The notes below the pieces were generated by a model, which worked only from the letters and a program-made list of their open reading frames with translations, did no database searches and was not told the origin of the DNA. A stretch of 24,480 bases of DNA from a virus (Duplodnaviria > Caudoviricetes), in the IMG/VR virus record IMGVR_UViG_3300005805_000474, positions 1 through 24,480 of that record, one strand, 5' to 3'. This document shows, piece by piece, positions 15,758 to 23,614 of this stretch (positions are counted from its first letter, which is position 1; each line of letters begins with the position of its first letter). A program made the position numbers and the translations under genes.

Positions 15758-18232
15758 ATGTCACGCTACGGTATTGATTACTATGGAATAGGATACTACG
15801 GTCCTACTAACCCCGTTTTATTTGACGCCAATCCGTTTATAGCTAGGCCATTTGACTATGGAAAAATACTGCTGCAATGGAATGACCCAGCAGGTGCTTG
15901 GTCCCGCATACGTTTAGTGAGAAATCGTTTTGGATTTCCTGTTAATGCTTGGGACGGCGACATCTTATTTGATGATGTAAACGGACAAGAAGACAATGAG
16001 TTTGCAGACAATGGCCCTCTTTTACCAGCTCAATTTTATTATTATTCTATATTTGTCTTTGAGACCGTTCAATACACTTGGTCTAGAGCTGCAGATGTAA
16101 TTGGATTATCTGTTAAAGATTATGGAAATAGCACGCGTATGTACGACTACCTTCCTGAAATTTATAAAGTTAAAGCTATCTACTCTATAGATACTACATT
16201 TGACAATCAAGACTTAAAACAATTTTTAAGTTTATTTGGGTTTCAACTCAACTATATGCACACTCTTACTGACTTGTTGATACAACGCTACAATATTGAA
16301 AAAGTGGGTGGAACCCTTGTTCCCACTATGCTTAAGCAGTTTGGTCTACAGTTTGAAACTGAAATTGGGCTGCAACAGTCACGCATTATTTTAAGAGACG
16401 CGACACAGCTATATAAAGATAAAGGAAGCTCTCAAGGCTTAAGAGAAGTAATTAAATCTTTCTCTGGTTACGCAGTTCCTAAACCATTAGCTGGAACACC
16501 AAACCCAACTGTAGACGGTTTAGTAGTAGGTCATAATTTAATGTTAGATTACAATGACTCTTCTTTTGAAGAATCTATTGGTCATTGGGAATCTTTATCT
16601 AATGCCACTTTAACTCAACTAAGTACTAAAAATATAATAACAGCTTCTTTAGCAACTAACGTTGCTACCTTAAACATAGGTGCCCACAGCTACGTAGCAG
16701 GTAATAAAATATTTGTGCAAAATTGCCCTTTACCTGTTTTTAATAGCCCTTCAATTGCTTTAACTATTACCGCTGTAACCTCTACAACTATTAGTTATGC
16801 GGTAACAGGTCCAAACGTTGCCACACGCGCAACCAGTGGAATAGTGGTACCAGCCCCAGCTCCTTACGAAGAATCGACTTCTCCAGCTAACTACCCAAAT
16901 AAAAGATTAGGTATTCTTTGCATAACTAACTCTTCTGTTTCCGCTGGAACAATAACAGCAGTTTGTGGAACAACAGATCCAATAGTAGAAGGAATTCCAG
17001 TAACGGCGGGACAACAATATTCATTTAGTATTTACTCTACAGCTGGATCTACTGCTCGTTCAGTTACAGTTGGCATTAGATGGTACACAAGGTTTGGAGT
17101 ATTAATAGGCAGCGCTTCTACAGGAACTAGCGGGAACAATACAACAACAGCTTGGGCTACAAGATTGTCTGTGACAGCTGCAGCTCCTACTGGCGCTTAC
17201 TACGCAGTTCCACAAATTTCTATCGCTTCTGTAGCTGGTTCAGGCACACCTGAGTATCACTACTTTGATGGAGCGCTATTTGAGAAGTCAGCTACTGTTA
17301 CAGAATTTGATGAAGCTAGACAAATTTATATAACACCACGCGCTAATAGAATTAATGAACTTATAAATCCACATTTTGCATTGCCAATAACTCCTTGGGT
17401 AGTAACAGGAGCTTCTACCGTAGTTAACCCAGATGCAGATGAACCTGGGCTTAGAACGTATGTAGTAACAGAAAAAGGATTAAGCTCTAACGTAGCAACG
17501 CTTACAACAAGTAATTACCACGAGTTAAGAGTTGGTCGTAAAGTCATTGTTAAAGACGTTGGAGCTCCTTTTGATGGACAGTTCACTATAACAGCGGTAA
17601 CAGCTCTTTCTTTTAGTTATGCTTTAACTAATGCTGATATAGCCTTAACTCCAGTTACAGGTTCTGCTTACCACGCTGGAGATTCTTTAGAGTTAGTAGC
17701 TACCAGTTCAGTGGTGGAATTAAAATCTGCTAATACCTCAGCAGACTACATGCCAATCCACTACCCTAGCTCTGAATATACTTTTAGTATCTATTCAAAA
17801 GTAGATGTAGATACAGAACAAATTAGATTATTTATCTCTTGGTATAACGCGTCAAACACACTTATTGAAACTGATACCAGCGAAACTTTTGACGTAACAA
17901 CTACTTGGTCTAGACCCTTCTTTACTGTAGTTTCTCCAGCTACAGCTGCATATGCAGTTGTAGGAGTTCAATGGTCTATTATTGGTGGAAACACTCTTAC
18001 TGTGGACTCTGCGTTATTTGAGAAAACTCCTTTCTTACTGGAATACTTTGATGGAAGCTACGGACCTTCAGACCTTAATGACTTATTCTGGGAAGGTGGG
18101 ATTCCTTACCAAGGTAGAAGCCATTTATATAAAAACCGTTTGGCTGTGCAAACTAGATTAAATACAGTTTTAACAGACTTTCTGCCTTTAGGTTCTACAT
18201 TTGCTTTGTATTTAGCTCAGCCAAAAACGTAG
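15758..18232 (+). CDS. Baseplate wedge protein (P2 gpI / T4 gp7-like) with FnIII-like and two carbohydrate-binding-like domains
   Basis: MYDYLPEIY...LKQFLSLFG...LYKDKGSSQGL core. Two CBM4/9-like units (N.SFE...VTAGQQYSFSIY...W.RLSVTAAAP...YFDGALFE). Ends in DFLPLG. Confidence 0.75.
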   Translation: MSRYGIDYYGIGYYGPTNPVLFDANPFIARPFDYGKILLQWNDPAGAWSRIRLVRNRFGFPVNAWDGDILFDDVNGQEDNEFADNGPLLPAQFYYYSIFVFETVQYTWSRAADVIGLSVKDYGNSTRMYDYLPEIYKVKAIYSIDTTFDNQDLKQFLSLFGFQLNYMHTLTDLLIQRYNIEKVGGTLVPTMLKQFGLQFETEIGLQQSRIILRDATQLYKDKGSSQGLREVIKSFSGYAVPKPLAGTPNPTVDGLVVGHNLMLDYNDSSFEESIGHWESLSNATLTQLSTKNIITASLATNVATLNIGAHSYVAGNKIFVQNCPLPVFNSPSIALTITAVTSTTISYAVTGPNVATRATSGIVVPAPAPYEESTSPANYPNKRLGILCITNSSVSAGTITAVCGTTDPIVEGIPVTAGQQYSFSIYSTAGSTARSVTVGIRWYTRFGVLIGSASTGTSGNNTTTAWATRLSVTAAAPTGAYYAVPQISIASVAGSGTPEYHYFDGALFEKSATVTEFDEARQIYITPRANRINELINPHFALPITPWVVTGASTVVNPDADEPGLRTYVVTEKGLSSNVATLTTSNYHELRVGRKVIVKDVGAPFDGQFTITAVTALSFSYALTNADIALTPVTGSAYHAGDSLELVATSSVVELKSANTSADYMPIHYPSSEYTFSIYSKVDVDTEQIRLFISWYNASNTLIETDTSETFDVTTTWSRPFFTVVSPATAAYAVVGVQWSIIGGNTLTVDSALFEKTPFLLEYFDGSYGPSDLNDLFWEGGIPYQGRSHLYKNRLAVQTRLNTVLTDFLPLGSTFALYLAQPKT

Positions 18233-18240
18233 TATCATTC
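18229..18240 (+). promoter_or_regulatory. Putative extended -10 promoter (leaderless transcript)
   Basis: GTAGTATCATTC: TAnnnT hexamer TATCAT ends 7 nt before ATG 18246 and there is no SD sequence. The same GTAGTAnnnTTC pattern recurs at 18526. Confidence 0.45.
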
Positions 18241-18245
18241 AGCCT

Positions 18246-18524
18246 ATGTTAGAACTTGTATTAATATCTGCGTTTACAGCTTTCCTGCTTGCTGCTTTAG
18301 AACCATTATTATCTTTTATAGGAATGTTCACCAGCATTAAAGTGGCAAATGCGGTTTCCTCATTATTGTTTTCTTGTTTAGGCACTTACCTTATAGGGGT
18401 AGGGGACGTAGGCCACATAATCGTCTATACCGCTTCTGGAGCCTTTATTGGGGCAGCTGCTGTAGCCGTCATAGAACAGATGACTTTCTACGGGCCATCA
18501 AGAACTAGGACAACTTTAGAATAA
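18246..18524 (+). CDS. Small membrane protein (about 3 hydrophobic segments), holin-like
   Basis: 92 aa, almost entirely hydrophobic with a short polar/basic C-terminus; follows the structural module. Holin function is unproven. Confidence 0.55.
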   Translation: MLELVLISAFTAFLLAALEPLLSFIGMFTSIKVANAVSSLLFSCLGTYLIGVGDVGHIIVYTASGAFIGAAAVAVIEQMTFYGPSRTRTTLE

Positions 18525-18525
18525 A

Positions 18526-18561
18526 GTAGTAGTCTTCTCCTCCCCTACTGAGGAGAGACTA
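18526..18561 (+). promoter_or_regulatory. Putative promoter embedded in an RBS-sequestering hairpin
   Basis: TAGTCT(T)CTCCTC-CCCTACT-GAGGAGAGACTA: 12-bp stem with one bulge that pairs the GAGGAG SD and the A of the ATG. GTAGTAGTCTTC overlaps the left arm. Confidence 0.6.
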
Positions 18562-19190
18562 TGAAGTACTATGTAATAGTCGCAGGCGGTGGAGAGACCA
18601 GCAGAGCCAATGTCGAGGCTTTGATGGAGGACCACTACTATGCGAAAGGTGAAGAAGGCGTTTTAGTTCTACCCGTAATAAACGCCGCAACTCAAGCGCA
18701 GATATTTGCAGCGCAATACTCTAAAGAAAAAAATAAAGAGATAGTTATATTTTCTAACATACCTGCTGATTTTCCAGGCATGCCGCAGGCCACTGTCTAT
18801 CAAACAGATAACCCAATAGAGGAGAGTTGTAAAAACTTTGTTGGAGAAGATGTGGTTGCTTTTATTCTATGGTCAGATGAAGACACCCTGTCTCAATCGC
18901 TTCTATCCACATACATCAGTAAGAACATCAAATGCTTTGATTTAACAGATGGATTGACTCCAATTTCTGCGGTAGCAGATATACAGCCTGTTAAAGAGCC
19001 TGAGTTCCCCCAGCTTGAACTGGACCTTCCTGAGGTAGAAGAGGAAGAGGATGAGGAAGAAGAGGAGGATGATGACGAAGATTATGAGGAGTCCGATGAG
19101 GATGATGAACTCTACTTTGGAATCCAAGCCTTCATCAAGGTACTAGCTAAGGCTGTTGCTGAGGAGCTGCGTAAGGACCTTAAAGGGTGA
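18561..19190 (+). CDS. Hypothetical protein: Rossmann/SLOG-like N-terminus plus long acidic tract
   Basis: Strong GAGGAG RBS. YYVIVAGGG start resembles YspA/SLOG proteins (weak). 22 of 24 residues are D/E at 19038-19109. Confidence 0.6.
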   Translation: MKYYVIVAGGGETSRANVEALMEDHYYAKGEEGVLVLPVINAATQAQIFAAQYSKEKNKEIVIFSNIPADFPGMPQATVYQTDNPIEESCKNFVGEDVVAFILWSDEDTLSQSLLSTYISKNIKCFDLTDGLTPISAVADIQPVKEPEFPQLELDLPEVEEEEDEEEEEDDDEDYEESDEDDELYFGIQAFIKVLAKAVAEELRKDLKG

Positions 19191-20056
19191 TTACAGCCCG
19201 TGCCCTAGGGCTTCTACTACACCTAGCCTCAAACGGGCTCCAGGGAGGCGTTAAAGGCCTTTACGGGGTATTTACGGAGGGGCGTGACGCCCTCTATTCC
19301 GCCCTCAATGAGCTTAAAATGGCTGGGTTGGTCAAAACAACAAAACAGGTGGTTGGGTCTAGGTACTGTACCGTTACAGTGGTCACTGAGGAGGGGTTCA
19401 ACTTCCTGGAAAGCCGTTTGTTCAACTTCCTGGAATCCCGTATCCTGTTACAGCAGTCACCGCATAATAGCCCATTAACTAGTAATAGCATATTAAGCAG
19501 AGAGTTATACAAATCCACGGAACAAGTCCGTGAGGAGTATCCCAATACTCTTAAGATAGGAGCAGAGAGCATGTCGTTCTTAGGTCAGATGGATCCCGAC
19601 TGGGATGATATAAACGCACAACGCCTTAGAGATAAAGAGTCTAAGCGTAAAGAATTTGCGGAAGAGAAAGCCAAGGTTATTGAGAAGCGGTACCAGCACA
19701 GAAAAACCAAGGAGCTTAAAGACTGGACTGTTTCAGATATGACCTTTGAGTTTGCCCGCAGAGTTCAGGATATGTGGCACATACCGCCTTGGAGAGTTGG
19801 CAATAGCAGATTTGCTTTTGCCTTTGCAGATTTCCAGAAGAAGTATGACACCACTCCTGAGATAGAGTTAAAATTGATAGATATGTTTTTTGCGCGATAT
19901 GCGCATGAGACATCTTTAACAGACGCTGAGATGCTATGGCGCATGTTTATAAAGCAAGCTCCTTCTATGCTTGAGGCAGCTAAGAGACAGCTGTATACAG
20001 ATGATGATATGGTTGCCGCTAAAGAGCAAGCCACCAAGTCTTGGGAGAAGTTGTAA
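19187..20056 (+). CDS. Phage replication initiator (N-terminal winged HTH)
   Basis: ARALGLLLHLAS...EGRDALYSALNELKMAGLV is typical of phage replisome-organiser wHTH domains; lies directly upstream of a DnaC-like ATPase. Confidence 0.7.
   Translation: MITARALGLLLHLASNGLQGGVKGLYGVFTEGRDALYSALNELKMAGLVKTTKQVVGSRYCTVTVVTEEGFNFLESRLFNFLESRILLQQSPHNSPLTSNSILSRELYKSTEQVREEYPNTLKIGAESMSFLGQMDPDWDDINAQRLRDKESKRKEFAEEKAKVIEKRYQHRKTKELKDWTVSDMTFEFARRVQDMWHIPPWRVGNSRFAFAFADFQKKYDTTPEIELKLIDMFFARYAHETSLTDAEMLWRMFIKQAPSMLEAAKRQLYTDDDMVAAKEQATKSWEKL
19396..19435 (+). repeat. Direct repeat GTTCAACTTCCTGGAA x2 (24-bp period), candidate iterons
   Basis: Exact 16-mers at 19396-19411 and 19420-19435 (protein FNFLESR twice); each contains the palindrome TTCC-T-GGAA. 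Confidence 0.85.
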
Positions 20057-20745
20057 TGTTTCAATTAGAGTCTTTAAAAGTAAGACGCAAGGCTTGGGTT
20101 AAAAGCGCAGTCATACCTAGCGGTAGACTTGGTTGGACACTGGAAGATTGTAAAGACGCTTCATCTAATGATGTAGAGCAATTACGACGTTGGTTGGATA
20201 GCGTTAAAAACGGAAAAGTTATCCGTGCAGTTGGCAGTCCTGCTTGTGGATTAGGACTATTACTTTGTGGGTTACCTGGCAGAGGAAAAACAACTTTAGC
20301 TTTATCAGTTATCCAAGAGATGATGACCACTTTTCCTCTCGAGTCTTTCTCTCCACCAGAAAGCGGTGTTGTTATAAGGCCCTGTTATTTCACCACATTT
20401 AATGACGTTTTAGAATTAAAGGGCGCAACCATGGAAGACCCTACACCTGAGCAAGAGACTCTTTATTATGGGATGCTGGGGGAGTGCTTAAACGATTCTT
20501 ATAATATAAGAGTTTTAATCATAGATGATGTGGGAAAAGAGCATGCTTCCCTCTCTGGGTGGCAAAAAAATATGTTACACCACGTTCTAAGAACCCGATT
20601 TAACCGCGGACTTCCGACCATAGTTACCACTAATATAGAGCTACCTAACTGGGCAAGCCTGTATGGTGACGCTACAGAAAGCTTCGCTAATGAAGCTTTT
20701 GCTTATCTACCGATTGCATCAGTTAAAGGAGACTTAAGAAAATGA
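20056..20745 (+). CDS. dnaC: DnaC/IstB-like AAA+ ATPase (helicase loader)
   Basis: GLLLCGLPGRGKT (Walker A), LIIDDVGKE (Walker B), R....LPTIVTTN. Start probably ATG 20056 (TAATG overlap, GGGAG RBS). Confidence 0.85.
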   Translation: MFQLESLKVRRKAWVKSAVIPSGRLGWTLEDCKDASSNDVEQLRRWLDSVKNGKVIRAVGSPACGLGLLLCGLPGRGKTTLALSVIQEMMTTFPLESFSPPESGVVIRPCYFTTFNDVLELKGATMEDPTPEQETLYYGMLGECLNDSYNIRVLIIDDVGKEHASLSGWQKNMLHHVLRTRFNRGLPTIVTTNIELPNWASLYGDATESFANEAFAYLPIASVKGDLRK

Positions 20746-21059
20746 AAGGACGCAGAGTGGAGGACGATAAGTTACGTCTAGTGCAGGTATTTTTAAGCCA
20801 AAATAAAACACCTGGTCCTGGTGTTTATGAAGTTTCTGTAGATGATGACACTAAGTTGTATTGCAATTGCCCAGGGTTCTCTAGCAGAGGTGTGTGTAAG
20901 CACACTAGGTTTGTTAAATCGCGTATTGAAAATAACAATGGCACTTATCCATTAGAGATATCTAGCAAAGCAACTCAGGATGATGCAGATAATGCTAGAC
21001 ACTCTAACCAAGCATTCAGAGAGTTTGTTATAAAATTTGGACGCATAGAGGTCTACTAA
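20742..21059 (+). CDS. SWIM zinc-finger protein
   Basis: YEV...CNCPGF....CKH matches the SWIM CxC-xn-CxH motif; ATGA overlap. Confidence 0.8.
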   Translation: MKGRRVEDDKLRLVQVFLSQNKTPGPGVYEVSVDDDTKLYCNCPGFSSRGVCKHTRFVKSRIENNNGTYPLEISSKATQDDADNARHSNQAFREFVIKFGRIEVY

Positions 21060-21060
21060 C

Positions 21061-21468
21061 ATGCAAAAAGGGGATATAAGTAACGAACTACCTAAACGGA
21101 TACTGGTGTCCTCTGAGGTGTTTGCAGAAAATAAAGTAGAGGTTAAAAAGAAATTTAAAGTTATACCTCAGGCAAAGGTTAAGAAGACATTAAAACGCGA
21201 TGTTTTAAGTTACCTATATTTATTTACCACTAAGCGCGGGGTAACCTTAGAGTTAATATCATTTGATATGGATGAGAGCAAGTTAGATAAGTTTATAGAT
21301 GACCTTGACAAGCTGGGCACTAATCCGTTTAGATACTGGACTGCATACGGCTCAGTATCTCAGTTGACCAAGGAGCTTCCTTACAGACCTGAGGTAATCG
21401 GAGTTGTTGATGTACAATCGCGAATTCTTAGGTACGGTAGTTGGGGAATGGATGTGTCAGATTTATGA
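21061..21468 (+). CDS. Hypothetical protein in replication module
   Basis: 135-aa ORF with GAGG RBS and ATGA overlap into the helicase. Alpha/beta pattern, possibly a degenerate HAD-like fold without catalytic Asp. Confidence 0.65.
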   Translation: MQKGDISNELPKRILVSSEVFAENKVEVKKKFKVIPQAKVKKTLKRDVLSYLYLFTTKRGVTLELISFDMDESKLDKFIDDLDKLGTNPFRYWTAYGSVSQLTKELPYRPEVIGVVDVQSRILRYGSWGMDVSDL

Positions 21469-22691
21469 ATCTTGAGTCTAAGCTATTAAGCAAGGCTATC
21501 CAAGAAAAAAATCTTGCCCCATTGTTTGAACGCAACGCCAACGAGTCTTGGTTTTCTGACGCAGACAATAAAAAAGTTTGGTTACTGGTACGCGATCATT
21601 TTTTTAAGTATGGAGAAGTAGTAAGTTTAGAGGTAATAAATCTTAACTATCCTAACTATAAATTAGTTTCTGCAGATGAGTCCATCTATTATTTGATAGA
21701 CGCTGTAGTACAACAACGACGCAAGGCTTCCACAGTAGTGATGATTTCTTCTGCTATAGAAGCTATAGAAAAACAGCAAGACCATGAGCAGGCTCTTATA
21801 TATTTGCAAAGCGGTCTTATTAAGTTGGAAGAAGAAGGTTTAAGCAGCACCAGTGACATAGATATTACTGATAATCCTTTAGGTCGTTGGGATGAGTATG
21901 AGCACCGCAAATCCAACCCTGGTTTATTAGGAATACCCACAGGATTTAACACCATGGATGCGGCAACTTCTGGTCTACAGAAAGGCCAATTAATAGTTAT
22001 AGTTGCTCCTCCTAAAACAGGTAAGTCAACTTTAGCGTTGCAAATAGCACAGAACGTACACCTCAGTGGCAAGGTTCCCATGTTTCAATCTTTTGAAATG
22101 AGTAATAGTGAACAGTTGTCTAGGTATGATGCCATGCGAGCGCGGATATCTCACCAACGTTTAATGACTGGTACATTAACTAATGAGGAAGAAGCGCGTT
22201 ATAAAACTAAGTTGCAGAACATGAGTAATATGTTGCATAAGTTTTGGTTGGTTGATTCCGCTGCTGGTTCTACAGTAACAGGCATTGCCAGTAAAATACA
22301 GGTCCTGCACCCAGATGTTGTATTTATTGATGGAACGTATCTAATGATTGATGAACAGACTGGAGAGGCAAACACCCCTCAGGCTTTGACAAATATTACG
22401 CGGTCGTTGAAACGATTAGCACAAAGGTTCCAGATACCTGTTGTGATTTCTACTCAGGTTTTAAATTGGAAGATGCGTAAGGGTCAAGTGACAGCCGATT
22501 CTATTGGCTACTCCTCATCTTTCCACCAAGATGCGGATGTTATATTTGGATTACAGAAGGAAGATGAGAACGTGGATGACACTAGATTATTGAAGGTATT
22601 AGCTAGCCGTAACTCTGGATTAACAGAGGTGTCTATGCTTTGGGATTGGGACACGGGTCAGTTCAGAGAGATTAGCGATGAGGACTTATGA
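21465..22691 (+). CDS. dnaB: DnaB-like (SF4) replicative helicase
   Basis: GIPTGF..MD..TSGLQKGQLIVIVAPPKTGKS, SFEMS, VVFIDG, LKRLAQRFQIPVVISTQ, SSSFHQDADVIFGL. Start probably ATG 21465 (ATGA overlap). Confidence 0.93.
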   Translation: MNLESKLLSKAIQEKNLAPLFERNANESWFSDADNKKVWLLVRDHFFKYGEVVSLEVINLNYPNYKLVSADESIYYLIDAVVQQRRKASTVVMISSAIEAIEKQQDHEQALIYLQSGLIKLEEEGLSSTSDIDITDNPLGRWDEYEHRKSNPGLLGIPTGFNTMDAATSGLQKGQLIVIVAPPKTGKSTLALQIAQNVHLSGKVPMFQSFEMSNSEQLSRYDAMRARISHQRLMTGTLTNEEEARYKTKLQNMSNMLHKFWLVDSAAGSTVTGIASKIQVLHPDVVFIDGTYLMIDEQTGEANTPQALTNITRSLKRLAQRFQIPVVISTQVLNWKMRKGQVTADSIGYSSSFHQDADVIFGLQKEDENVDDTRLLKVLASRNSGLTEVSMLWDWDTGQFREISDEDL

Positions 22692-23614
22692 CAGTTGAAG
22701 AGATGGAAGAAACGCTTAATAGGTTACAGATTGAGGTCGTTTCTATAAGCGGAATAGAGCTACAGGCTCATTGCCCAGCTCACTTGCAACGTACAGGTAA
22801 AGAAGACCGCAATCCATCTTGGTGGATAAATTCAGATACTGGCGCACATATTTGTTTTTCATGCGGTTATAAAGGCGGGTTACAGTCTTTAGTATCCCTT
22901 GTACAGAACATAGAATTTCAAGATGTTGACTCTTGGCTTGACTCTGGAGATAGGAAACTGTCTGCTGCTCTAATCAAAGCAACTAAACCAAAAGAAGTAT
23001 TTCAAGAAGTAACTCACATAACAGAGTCTATGCTTAGCGCATTTGTTGAACCACCTTCAGAAGCTTTATTATCAAGAGGGTTATCTAATAACGCGGCGCG
23101 TTACTATGAAGTACTTTGGGATGTTCGTAATTCAAATTGGATTACAGTTATCAGAGATATGCACGGTAAGTTGTTGGGTTGGCAGGAAAAAGGTCATCTG
23201 TCTAGATACTTCAGGAATTACCCAAAGGGCATCCAAAAGAGTATTTCTTTATTTGGTTACAATCAGTTTAGTGGCGGAGATATGATTGTTGTTGAATCTC
23301 CCTTAGACACAGTTAGATTAGCTTCAGTTGGAATACTTGGCGGTGTTAGCACCTATGGGTCTGTAGTGTCAGATGCTCAATTTAAATTGATTACCTCTGC
23401 AGAGCGCATAATCTTTGCAATGGATAATGATGATGCGGGTAGAGCTTCTTCTTTTGATATATTGAAAAAATGCAAAGACTCTGGGGTAGAAGCTTATTTC
23501 TTTAACTACTCCCATACAGAGATGAAAGACATAGGAGCTATGAGCAAGGGGGAAATACTCCAAGGCTTAGAGTCATCTAAACATTATGTTAGAGGGCAGA
23601 AAGCTTTGCTATGA
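22688..23614 (+). CDS. dnaG: DnaG-type primase (CHC2 zinc finger plus TOPRIM)
   Basis: CPAH...NPS...CFSCGYKG; TOPRIM IVVESPLD and FAMDNDDAG; KD motif near the C-terminus. Confidence 0.9.
   Translation: MTVEEMEETLNRLQIEVVSISGIELQAHCPAHLQRTGKEDRNPSWWINSDTGAHICFSCGYKGGLQSLVSLVQNIEFQDVDSWLDSGDRKLSAALIKATKPKEVFQEVTHITESMLSAFVEPPSEALLSRGLSNNAARYYEVLWDVRNSNWITVIRDMHGKLLGWQEKGHLSRYFRNYPKGIQKSISLFGYNQFSGGDMIVVESPLDTVRLASVGILGGVSTYGSVVSDAQFKLITSAERIIFAMDNDDAGRASSFDILKKCKDSGVEAYFFNYSHTEMKDIGAMSKGEILQGLESSKHYVRGQKALL

Noticed and set aside
4325-18232. Stand-alone bacterial eCIS, tailocin or T6SS locus
   Set aside because: Contiguous with a phage initiator, loader, helicase, primase and SNF2 module; no Afp15-type ATPase, effector or T6SS membrane-complex genes.
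20056-20745. IS21 transposon helper IstB
   Set aside because: No IstA transposase or terminal inverted repeats; its position between initiator and DnaB indicates a helicase loader.
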